Origin: Rhina ancylostomus
Lineage: Eukaryota
NCBI GenBank assembly: GCA_030265395.1
Contig: JARFYF010000071.1
Location: forward strand, 5,250,689 to 5,314,688
Direction: 5' to 3'
DNA length: 64,000 nucleotides
Shown here one piece after another: positions 24,690-35,899 of this stretch (the first letter of the stretch is position 1; each line of letters begins with the position of its first letter). Under the pieces are notes generated by a model that worked only from the letters and a program-made list of their open reading frames with translations, had not been told where the DNA came from and did not search any database. The position numbers were made by a program, and so were the translations under genes.

Positions 24690-25760
24690 CCAAACTTAGT
24701 GCCTTGTTCTTGCTTCCTCCCCATCTCTCTGATTCCTTTTCCTTCTTGAATATATTTAATGATTTGGCCTTAACTGCCTTGTATGCTGGAGAATTCCACA
24801 GGTTCATCACTGCAAGAAGAAACGTCTCCTCTCCTCAGTTCCAAATAACCTTCCGGCACCCTTAGACTGTGATCTCTGGTTCTGGGCTTTCCTACCATTG
24901 GAAACATCCTTCCTGCATCTAGTCTGTCCAGCTCTGTCAGAACTTTATAAGCTTCAGTGAGGTCCCTTTTCGTTCTTCTCATCTCCAGCAAATACACATC
25001 TAATTGACCCATACAGGACTTCATGCAACAGTCCTGCTATTCCAGGAACCATTCTGGTGAATCTTTGTTGCTTTCTCTCCAAGGCAAGGACATCCTTCCT
25101 CAGATAAGGAGACTAAAACTGCACATAATACTCAAGATATGGTCTCACCAAGACCTGCATAAATGCAGTAGGGGACATGCATGCTTACCTTCAGTACGGT
25201 GACACAAGTGACTGCAGATGCTGGAACAACTCAGTGGGTCAAGCATCTTCTGTGAAGGCGTAAGGGATGTGTTGACTTTCATGTCAAGACCCTGCACCAG
25301 TTCTGATGCAGGGTCTCGACCTGAAATATCGACAGATGCTGCTTAACCCGTTGATTTTTACCAGCAGTTCATTTTTTGCTTACTTTCAGTGACTGGTCCA
25401 CAAGGACACACCAGAGGTTAAGCTGCACCTCCCTCCATCTCTGGCTGTTCACATAATCTGCCTGCTTTTGCCACCAAAGTAAATAAGCTTGCATGTATCT
25501 ATGTTATACGAAGGCAAATGGGATTAGTTTGGATGGACATCCTGGTCAGCGTGGACAAGTTGGGCCAAAGAGTTTGTTGCCATGCTGTATACCTCTATAA
25601 ATCTCTATGCATTTGCCCGCCCTCTCAACCTGTCCAAATTACCCTGGAGCTTCTCTGTATCCACCCCACAGTTCACAGCCTCACCCATCTCTGTGTCATT
25701 CACAAACTTGAGGATATATTTAATTCCCTCATCCAAATCATTAATATATATTGTGTACTG
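24690..25760 (-). mobile_element. CR1 LINE fragments, interrupted by other insertions
   Basis: LLEMRRTKRDLTEAYKVL and IYINDLDEGI..KFVNDT remnants. Confidence 0.75.
25196..25376. mobile_element. Palindromic Penelope-LTR-derived short element with ~14-bp TSD
   Basis: Inverted arms around ctgatgcagggtctcgacctgaaa; flanked by TGCTTACCTTCAGT (25182-25195) and TGCTTACTTTCAGT (25377-25390). Confidence 0.72.
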
Positions 25761-25899
25761 TACTTGATGTATGTTGTAACCTGAGACCTTGGTGGGCTCT
25801 GTAGCAAAACCTGGAGACAATTAAACTGGTCACCAGAGACACTTACCTGTGGATTGTATGCTTTGGGAACGGGAGATTCTGATGGGGATAAGAACCCAC

Positions 25900-26003
25900 C
25901 TGCTGGCTGTTGTTGGCAGTGTATGGAAGCATAGTTGACACGTGGAACATGATCTCATATTCCTGGTACTTGGTGTACAGTGAGTGTGTGCCCGTAGAGT
26001 CCG
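25900..26003 (-). CDS. SIPA1: SIPA1 coding exon 5, RapGAP domain ([35 protein letters not shown])
   Basis: ttgcAG acceptor, GTGGGT donor; 104 nt, phase 1 to 0; [12 protein letters not shown] is a RapGAP hallmark. Confidence 0.96.
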
Positions 26004-27250
26004 CTGCAATGGAAGGAGTTGTGAAACACTCAGTTCATTCTGTTCTTCCTTTGTCCCCTGTCCCACCAACTAAATACTCCCCCTTCCTGGAGCACACCCA
26101 TGCNNNNNNNNNNNNNNNNNNNNNNNNNNNNNNNNNNNNNNNNNNNNNNNNNNNNNNNNNNNNNNNNNNNNNNNNNNNNNNNNNNNNNNNNNNNNNNNNN
26201 NNNNNNNNNNNNNNNNNNNNNNNNNNNNNNNNNNNNNNNNNNNNNNNNNNNNNNNNNNNNNNNNNNNNNNNNNNNNNNNNNNNNNNNNNNNNNNNNNNNN
26301 NNNAGATCTCAAGGTGACTGCAGAGGAAGAGGTGACCTTACAGAGGTTTCTTTTTTTAAGATTACAGAAGGGTTACGTTTTGTCGGGGAGACCAGAACCA
26401 GGAGCCGTGAAGGTGACAGTGACTTAACTCCAGTGGGGAATTCGGGAGACACTTCTTCATCCCCAAAGTGAGAAGAATGAGAGACACACTCCCACAGCCC
26501 ATGGTTCTGGTGAACAACTGCAGCAGATAACGTGGATAAACAGACGAGGAAGGAAGGAATAGGAGGAACTGGTGACCTAGAACGAAGGGGGAATGGGAAG
26601 GGGCTGGAACAGGAACACTGGCGTAGAGGGGCCCTATGGCCTCTTTTCTGAGCACCTAACACACTGTTATCCTACTCTGAATTGTCTGCTGAAAGGAAGG
26701 TACATCAGGAGCAGCTCAAGTGGACGGACAGGTCCGTGGGACAGGATTCTGGTGTGGCCCCAGCCTGGGTAAGGAACACCTGAAGGGAGCTGTAGGAACC
26801 AGATGGGTTTTCACAATTCAGCTACTTCCATTACACAGTTGCTATTCCAAGCTCACAGAGGAATTTCCTTTGGGAAGTCTGTTGGCAACAGAGGTGTGCA
26901 GAAACAAGGAGTTTTTTAACCAAACAGATAGCTTTGATTGGTAATGCATGTCCTGACAGGATTGGGAATATTCAAGAGGGACATTTAAACCTCTGGAGAT
27001 GGTTATCTCTGGGCCCTGTGCTTTGCGAGTGAAGGATTGCAATGATGGCAAGTAGCCACCTAATCAGGAGGCAGGGCTGGGCTGCAGGGCAATTCTTTCA
27101 AGGGGCCACATGGCCTCCATTTATGCCTAATGTCCCCTCTACAAATTTCCCAGTGAGAATTAAAGTAATCAGTCCCTCCCTCTGCTCCAGGGGTATGTAG
27201 TTCCCACCCACCTGACCCCTGTCAGTGTCAGTCCATCAACCCCAACCTAC

Positions 27251-27425
27251 TCTTGTTGTCCAGCTGGGCTCGATACTTCTCGAAGCCCTTCAGTCTGACC
27301 CGCTGACCCAGGAGGTCGAGGAACTCGTCAAAGGCAGGCCCAGCAGTCTCATTGTTGTACATCTCCTCCTCCGTGCTCTGTCCTGCCTTGCAGTACATGA
27401 CACCCACTTTCCGCTGGAAGGTCAA
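27251..27425 (-). CDS. SIPA1: SIPA1 coding exon 4, RapGAP domain ([25 protein letters not shown]...YRAQLDNK)
   Basis: ctcccttgcAG acceptor, GTAGGT donor; 175 nt, phase 0 to 1. Confidence 0.96.
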
Positions 27426-29322
27426 CTGCAAGGGAGAGAGAGACATACACATTGCACAGCAGAAACCACAGGAGCAACGCAGATAAAGGGCAACCCCCAA
27501 CTCGCCCTTGGGTTCTGACCTTTTTACAAAAAGTGTGGAAGTTAATGAAGTGCCCACTTGTGAGAGTCCCTTTCTCTGGAGCTATTCCCCCGGTAACACC
27601 CAGGGCAGGTGGGACCCATTGCCCAGTGAGCGGTGTGGGTTTGGGATCTGTCCCCCAGTAAGGGTCAGTTTATGTGTGCAACCCATCAGTCAGAAGTGTG
27701 TGTGAGTGTGTGTACATGCGCACGACCCATCCCTGAGTGAGAGTCAGCATGTGTGTACAGGAGACCATCCCCCAGAGAGAGTCAGTATCCTATTAAGAAA
27801 AACAAAGCAACCCTCATTTATGAATGATATGTGCAGAGCCCACACACGTGCCACTCTAAAACCATAATCATGTTATTCTCTTTTCTCTGAATAATTAATT
27901 GGACATTTCATAAAGTCAGACAGCAGGCTTGAAGAGCCGCTGTTGGAAGCATTCATGTTCCCATTCCTTCACCTTATAGTGCAGAGCTCTTTACTGACTG
28001 ACCCTGAGAGAGTGAGAGAGAAAGGAGAGGGAGGGAGGGAGCAGGAGAGTGTTGGAAAGGAAGGAGGAAAAATGAGGAGGAAGGGAAATGGGAGAGAAGA
28101 ACCGGAAGAAAGAGACTTGAGTAAGAGCATGGAGGAAAGACACATGGGGCTGAGGTCAACATCAACTGCCTGCTTTTTCCCACGGACGGTGCCTGGCCTG
28201 CTGAGTTCCTCCAGCATCATCGTGTTTTCCATCTAGATTCCAGCATCTGCAGTCCTTTGTTTGTCTCTCAGATCAAGGTTANNNNNNNNNNNNNNNNNNN
28301 NNNNNNNNNNNNNNNNNNNNNNNNNNNNNNNNNNNNNNNNNNNNNNNNNNNNNNNNNNNNNNNNNNNNNNNNNNNNNNNNNNNNNNNNNNNNNNNNNNNN
28401 NNTCCCACGGACGGTGCCTGGCCTGCTGAGTTCCTCCAGCATCATCGTTTTTTCCATCTAGATTCCAGCATCTGCAGTCCTTTGTTTGTCTCTCAGATCA
28501 AGGTTACTGAACAGCAAGCTTTACCAGCAGCGCCCTCTCCAAGTTCAGCACAGACTGGGAGACGGAACCCTGATTCCCCATGTCCTTCCCTTCCACCTCC
28601 ATGGTACACTGTGAGCTGTACTCATTCACCAAGCCAGATACTATACATTGAAATATTACATTAATAATGATGATATTATTAATCCACTTGCACCTCATTA
28701 ATTATTAATGGTGCCTCCTTCACCTGTCACTTGGTGATATTCAACACACCCCTGACGTGTGGCGTCACGGAGTGACAGCAGACATGGATCTGCTTCCCAG
28801 AGGGAAGCTCCAAGAGTGCGGCCAAGCTCTTAGTGAGGCTGACCAGTCAGGAGTGCTTCACCTTCAATCCCTCTGCTGTGTAGTGCAGATGTACTGAGCT
28901 GTGGTTGGTTGTATGCTCCCTACCAGCATCTCCAGGGCCAGCTGACAACTCCCTGATGGGGGAGATGCACATCTCAGAGGATGTAAGTGTACACGAGCCA
29001 ACACTAAGACACACATGGGCCAGATGGAAATTGTACTGTTTACCTCCCTATATATGTATAGGACTCACTATAAATAGAAAACGACCCTTTAAAACAGTCC
29101 AGAGGATGGGCTTATCCTTGGAGGGGACCCTGAAAATGAGCTTTATGCTACAACGTCCAGCTCTGAAGGTGCATCTCCTACAAGGGGTCCGTTGGGCAAC
29201 AGTGCCCCTTTAACAGACAGTCCAGGCACTGGAGTGTCTCCTTAAAGAGCCGAGGGGTTGTGTCGACAACAGAGTACCAGCCTCCCATGCTCATCATGTA
29301 CTCACCACTGATGGAGACCTAC

Positions 29323-29511
29323 CCCTTGCTCATCCAGCTTCAGCAGCATCTCGGGCACCTTCGGCGAGTTGGAGGCCAAGCGCAGGCAGTGGGTGTTCAG
29401 TCCCGGCACCAGGTATTCCAGCAGCTTCTTTGGTGGGACGCCACGCTGTGTGCCATGACGTGCCGATGAGGGGAAGGCCTCCTCCAGGATCGAGGCGCGC
29501 AGCGTCCGGAG
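29323..29511 (-). CDS. SIPA1: SIPA1 coding exon 3 (LRTLRASILEEAFP...LLKLDEQG)
   Basis: tgtccccAG acceptor, GTAGGT donor; 189 nt, phase 0 to 0. Confidence 0.95.
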
Positions 29512-29755
29512 CTGGGGACACAAATCACAGTGTTTACAGGCAATTTACAGAGGGAATCCCAAAGCTCGGGGCCCAGGCAGCTGACAGTAAAGGTTACCGA
29601 TAGTGAGACATGGAAGCCAGAAAACGATTAAGAAGCTGGGTGAGATCTGAGAGGTTTATGGGGCCTGAAGAGGTGTCAGTGACACATTCATGATTTAAAT
29701 ATCTGAGTGACTGCAGCCCTACCAACCTCCCCCAGATCCATTCACCACCGCATAC

Positions 29756-29886
29756 CTCTGTGGTCCTGACAATGATCCGGTAGTTATACTGCGAACTGCT
29801 CCCTGCATCCTTGTCCTTATCTTCCCTCCGCAGACTGACTGCCACTGGCCCAAGAGTCTCATCAGTTCCAAAGAAGTTCTGATGCT
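29756..29886 (-). CDS. SIPA1: SIPA1 coding exon 2 ([22 protein letters not shown]...YRIIVRTTE)
   Basis: AG at 29888-29887, GT at 29755-29754; 131 nt, phase 1 to 0; conserved SIPA1-family sequence. Confidence 0.95.
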
Positions 29887-31905
29887 CTGTAGAAACAAGT
29901 GGGGGTTTGGTCAGTATTAGAGAAGGGAAGTAAAAAAACATTCGTACGACACTGAGAGAATTCAACCTCCATCCTGTTAACTCAGTGAACAAGGAACTGA
30001 TGAAACAGTTTCACTGTCTCTGCAATGTAAAATGGCCCCCAGTGTCTGCTCCAATGAAGAACTGAACAGGGTGTGGGGCTCCCTACCCTCAATTTAGGTG
30101 GCATTGTAGACACCCAATACAGCCCATCATTTGATGGGACTGTCCAATGATGTGTTCACAGGGAAGGTGTGGAGGCTGGGGGCCCGTTTGTAGATCAGAA
30201 AGTGGGGGACCCTTTTTCCACAAGCAGAGTTCTATTATTATTTATTAATCTTTTTAAAAGAAGCTGCCTTCTTCCCTAATTTTCAACAATCACCAATCCC
30301 CAAAAGTCCCGATGACCAGACAGAGGCAAGTGAGTGAGTAGTGGAGGGGGAACATAACACCCCAGGAACCTCTGCAGGTCACCAGCAATCACTTCTGCCT
30401 GTCATGCATGCAAGACAGTGGACTCTTCAGCAAGGACGCCAGTTGCTTGGCGCTCACTGGCCCGCATCCTGGCCACAACATCCTGCGGGGACACAGATCA
30501 CAAGCATCAGCAAGGCCTCCTGCAGCAGAGAGTGCCTCTTGCAACGTTGCTTGGCAGGAAGTGTTCTGAGTCGTGCAGCAGCAGATGGGGGGGAGGATAT
30601 TTCTGAGCTGTGGAGGGGCAGCACTGTAGTGAAACTGGGCACAGGAAGGATGGTCATAGTGTCAGACAGTGCAGAAACTAGTCCTTCAGCCCATCAACTC
30701 CACACCATCGAGCACACATTTACAACAATCCCATAGACTCCCCCTCAGATTCTACCCCTCACCTACACACTACAGCAGCCTACTAACCAGCCTACCCAGG
30801 GGAAACCCACGCAGCCACGGGGAGAACTGCAAACTCCACACAGATGGGGCTGGAGATCAGGATCAAACCAAACAGCCAAAGGGAAGCAAGGGAATCCTTC
30901 CTACTCCAGCTCCCTCAGCCTCCAGTGTAATCGTCCCTCGGAAACTGCCAGTAAAAAGGCAGCTTGCTCTGAGGAACTTCCAACCCAACCCCATCTCCCT
31001 CCCCAACCCAGTGTCAAGCCCCCACCCCCGAGAGGGGGTATCTGCACTCAATCAATCTAATGTGGAAGGACAGGGGAGATACAAGCCAAATATCACACTA
31101 TTGTGACAGCCCCTGCTCAATAGGGGAGAGCAGGTAGAGGAACATTGTTGGAGGTGGGATCTGAGGCAACTGTGGTCACATTGCAGAGACTTCACAGATG
31201 TGTACTGGTGCTTTAACAACCGGCTGCTGGAGGACAAACAATTCCAGGGTTCTCTCTGTTCTGGGTCAACAGGAGACACAAGTAGGAAGGCATCCCCTCC
31301 CCGAAGCTAGGGTGGGATGTGGGTAAGACTGACATCCTCTCCTCTGTAAGGAGTACGACACCAAGTGGTTGACCAAGAGGTGTGGGTCTGATATTGAGCA
31401 AATTGAGAGTGAGATGCTCAGCTTGGAGCCCCAACTAGTTGGAGCTGTTGATGAGCTGGCCCTGTGGCAGATTTCAAAGAGGAGCAGGGTGCACTGAGGA
31501 ACATTTAGCCCTCTCTTGGAAATACCCTCTGTGCCGTTCCAGAGAGGGGTTTCCTGCACATTCTTATGTTTTGCCCCCTTCTGCTGTTTAGAGATGGCGT
31601 GGTGGTCCATTCTACCACCTGCCACAGAAGGTGGTCCCGAGCAGGTTAGATGCAGAGTGAAGCCCACTCTACAGCATTCAGTCAGGGAGACTGTATCTTT
31701 GGGATAGTCATTCCCCTGGATTTTGTGACGTGCCCCCTGCCCCTCCCCCCCCAGCCAAAGTGATGGAGGGTTTAGTCCATTGTGTGGTTGGGCAGTGAAT
31801 TGCCCAGTGTTCTATTTAGTTTGTGGGGAGAAAACTAAATGGGCTAGACACAGAGTAAAGCTCCTTCTACACGGGGCTTGGACAGACAACGCTGACGGGG
31901 TTTAC

Positions 31906-33059
31906 CTTTGCCGTTGAAGTACTTGCGGTAATAGTTGGCGCCCAGGTCGGCGTGCTCAATGAAGTAGGTGCCAGTGCGGGTGAGGTGGCTCTCACGGGGC
32001 TCCTCCAGCACTGAAACAGCAGCGTTGGGGCACTGGCTGGAGTGCTGGGGCTCCCCTTCGCCTCCCACCTCCTTGCGGAAATGTGGGCAGCTGAGGACCA
32101 GCCTGGCATCATCCTCATTGTTGAAGTCCCCGGCTGTGCCCGGCACAGGTTGCTGGGGCTCCTGGCTCCTGCCAGCCGCCTGCGCTGGCAGCTGGGAGGC
32201 AGCCGAGGCCCCGGTGATGATGTTCTTGCGTCGGCCGGCGCTGTCGCGGCTGGTCACGGCCTGCCGCAGGTCGAAGAGGATGCTCTGCACATCGTAGTGG
32301 GCCAGGCTGCGGGCTCGGTGCCAGGGTCCGCGGGCATCCTCCTGTCCCGGGGCAGCAGCCGCCAGTGGTGACCGCGGGCACTCGGGGTCACTCCTCTGCG
32401 TCCGGAACCGGCGGCAGACGGCGGGTGGGGTCTCCGGCTCGGCCTGTCCCGCCCCGGGGCTCTCGGGCAGCCCCAGGAGCAGGTAAGGGTCCTGAAAACG
32501 GGGGGCGCTGGCCATCTCTGAGCCCAGCCGGGCACCATCAGCCTCCCCCCCTCCTCCTCCCCGAGACCTCTCGATGGAGGACGCGCTGCCGTACTCCCGG
32601 TGGAGTGCTACCCCGGTGGAGGGATGTCCCGTGGGAGCAGACCCTCCCTCCACAATGGCAGCCTCGCTGTTGCTGCGCTGAAGGGCCGGGCTACGTATCT
32701 GGCCCGCCGTCTTGTCCTCCGCTGCGCCCACCTCCTCCCCCTCCCGCTGCCCTGATCTTGTCTTGTTAGCTGATGTTTGGTGGGGGGGGGGGGGGGAAGG
32801 TGCGAGGGGGGGGTGCAGTGGCTTTTTTAGTTTTGCACAGATTGTNNNNNNNNNNGGGAGCCCCCTTCCCCTCAGCCCTGGCCCCCCCATCGTCTGACAC
32901 CTCCCGCTGGGGCGGCCATTCCAGGATCCGGGCCCGCACCGTGGTGCCAGTCGGCTCGGGAGCCGGCCTGGCAGCCTTGGGCTCGAAGGTCACGGGCGTC
33001 AGCAGGGGTCGGGGGTTGCTCCTCTTGAACTTGCGGAAGAAGAAGTCGTCTGACTGCAT
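31906..33059 (-). CDS. SIPA1: SIPA1 first coding exon (N-terminal region up to the start of the RapGAP dimerisation region)
   Basis: Starts MQSDDFFFRKFKRSNPRPLLTPVTFEPK, resembling human SIPA1 DDLFARKLRQPARPPLTPHTFEPR as recalled. Contains AHYDVQSILFD, PNAAVSVLEEP and IEHADLGANYYRKYFNGK. Donor AAG|GTAAA at 31906/31905. The frame switch coincides with the 10-N gap at 32846-32855. Confidence 0.9.
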
Positions 33060-33458
33060 GTCCCGCGCCCGCTACCCCGCCGAAAAGACAAAGTCACCCT
33101 GCCCCGACCCTTCACGGGCCCAGATGGCCAGCGCAGTGAGACAGAAGTGGGTGCGCCTCCAGTGGGAAGGGCGAGGTGAACATCCCGAATGCTGAGTCCT
33201 GGCACACAGAGCCCCCCCTTTGGGCTCACAGCAGCTCCTCACTCTGTCCTGGGTGCCGGGAAATCTTCCCGTAGCTGTAGGCCAACGCCATAGGGTGCAG
33301 CAGGGTCAAAGGTGGAAAGTCAGTCCCAGCAGCTGGAGGGGTCTGGACTTAAAATGCTCCAACTACTGTCCCACCTCAGGCATCTCAAACCTCAAGGCAA
33401 CATTCAACTCAGCTGGCAGCTCGGTAGGAACTTCCTTGTGGCTGAGTGTCAACGGAAG
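33060..33458 (-). other. SIPA1: Probable 5' UTR portion of the first coding exon of SIPA1
   Basis: Minus-strand acceptor tctttgtttttgcAG (AG at 33460-33459) lies 399 nt upstream of the ATG. Confidence 0.6.
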
Positions 33459-33517
33459 CTGCAAAAACAAAGAAGACAGACACAGGTCAGTTACAGGATA
33501 TCTCACTGCACTATCCT

Positions 33518-33880
33518 GTCAGACACAGAGTGAAGGTCCCTCCATACCGTCCTATCACACACTCCCGGGGTCAGACACAGAGTGAAGCTCCCTCCACACT
33601 GTCCCATCACACACTNNNNNNNNNNNNNNNNNNNNNNNNNNNNNNNNNNNNNNNNNNNNNNNNNNNNNNNNNNNNNNNNNNNNNNNNNNNNNNNNNNNNN
33701 NNNNNNNNNNNNNNNGGGGTCAGACACAGGGTGAAGCTCCCTCCACACCGTCCCATCACACACTCCCGGGGTCAGACACAGGGTGAGGCTCCCTCCACAC
33801 CGTCCCATCACACACTCCCAGGGTCAGACACAGAGTGAAGGTCCCTTTACACTGTCCATTACACACTTCCAGGTCAGGGA
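33518..33880 (+). repeat. 52-bp tandem repeat (gtcagacacagrgtgaagctccctccacaccgtcccatcacacactcccggg)
   Basis: cagac recurs at 33721, 33773 and 33825; spans an N gap. Confidence 0.92.
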
Positions 33881-35899
33881 CACCACCTTCTGCCATTACA
33901 CAAAGTTACAATCTGTTAAAGCTTTTAAGTTTTTAAATGGATGATAATAATAAGTTGTAGAATAACTTTACTTGTCATAAAATTGCAGACTTGTATTTAT
34001 ATATTGTAGAATTTTTAAATGCATGAAGTATATTTTAAAATAAAAAAAGAGTTAAACTCCATATACAATGCCCTGTCACACACTCCTGAGACATGGGTTA
34101 GACGCAGAGTGAATCTCCTTCTGCACTGACCTGTCATACACTCCCAGATGAGGGACATCACAGGTTAGAACAGAATAAGACTATTTTTACTGCAAATACA
34201 TGTAATGATACAATATGTTCTCAGGACCCTCAGAGCTATTTTGAGAACTGTGGGGCTGCCAAGTGTGGATCCACTACAGCTGGCCTAAGGTCACCAGGAC
34301 ACCACACTAACCAGCCTGGGCCATACACATGTGGAGGGAGGCACCATCCCGTCAGAGGTTGTTGTCCTGGGAACAGGGTGCTGGGTTTACCTTCCCAAGT
34401 TATCCTGCTCTTTGGCCTAAGACCTGTCCCTCTCTGTCTCCCCACCTGCACCTTCAGGAGACAGAGTCAACACGAATGCGAGGCAGCCTGGGCTTTAGGC
34501 TAGGCCTCGATCAGGTTATGCATTTCGAAGAGGGTCAAAGGGCAGTGGTAGCATGCTGGGAACACGCTTCCTGCAGAATTCAATGCTGAGCTACTTGAGC
34601 ATATAGTTGGGAGGTGCCTCAGTCAAAGAGGGAGGTTTTAAAGAGCATCTTGAGGAGAGCGAAGCAGAGAGGTTCAGGGAGGGAATTCCAGAGCTCAGGG
34701 CCCAGGACACAGCAGCCAGTGGTGGAGCGATGGGAATCAGATGGTTGAGAGGGCAGAATTGGAGTGTAGACTTTGTAGAACTGAGAGAGTTGAAATGACA
34801 GGAGGCACGAGAGATGGTGTAGGAGGCAAGCTAATCCTCTCAGCTGCAGCCTCTGCCAGATGGCACCTCTAAAACAGTGAAAAAAAATTCATTCAGAGTG
34901 ATCGTGCAATTCATTCACGTTTAATTAATCTTTGTTCTCCTGCAAGCCTCAGGGATTCAGTACTCGGTCAGATGTGGGCTCTCACTGAATGGCATCCACA
35001 CACCCTCCTCCCCTGTCTTCAGGGCTCCAATGAGTGACAGTGGGGGATGGGGAGCTGCAAGCTCTTGCTTTGTCCCTGTCCCCAGATCCCAGCAGCTTTC
35101 AGCCATTTCTGTGCAAGTGGACAGGTTCAGAACTGGCTTGTTGCTAGCAAGTGATAGGGCACAGGAGGGGGCCATTTATGCCATAATGCTGATGCCAGTT
35201 CTAAGGCTTCGCCTGAACAGAATTTCTCTTGCCCTATGAGAGAGAGAGAGGAGAGAGAGAGAATCCACACCCCCCCCTCCCCCCCCAGGGCCTTCTTGCC
35301 TTCTAACCATGTGAGGACATTGGCACATCGCATAAGTGGACAGCTGGTAGAGCCTCACAGCTCCAGAGACCCAGGTTCAATTCCAACCTCCAGTGCTGTC
35401 TGTCTGTGTGGTGTTTGCACGTTCTCCATGACCGGTGTGGATTTCCCCAGTTTCCTCCCACATCCCAATGACGTGCAGGGTCGGTGGGTTAAACTAACTG
35501 CTCCCAGTATGTAGTTGAGTGGTAGAATCTGAGGGGGAAATATGGGAAGAATAAAATGGGATTAGCCTAAGTAGAATGGTCAGCACGGACTCAGTGGGCC
35601 GAAGGGCCTGTTTCCATGCTGCTTGACTCTATGATAAAGGGAGCACATGAGTAAGGATTACTTCAGGTGGGAGGGGGGAGGACTGCTATAGGAGGGGTAT
35701 TGTGACTTAAACTCATCTCACGTTTGAGAGCCAGGAGATGCCCCAACCACTTGACCACAGTGCGAGCCAGGGGGATCAGAGAGACATCAGGGACACAGCC
35801 TTCCCACTTCTGCCTATCCAGAATATCCAGCAACAGCAGGACTCGTGGCTCAGCTCCATTCTGCAGGACCCCCAGACAGGGTCGGTGAGCACAGAGTCA

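Noticed and set aside
32780-32860. Apparent frameshift in the first SIPA1 coding exon suggesting a pseudogene
   Set aside because: The frame change falls on a 10-N placeholder gap near poly-G runs; all other exons are intact and in phase.
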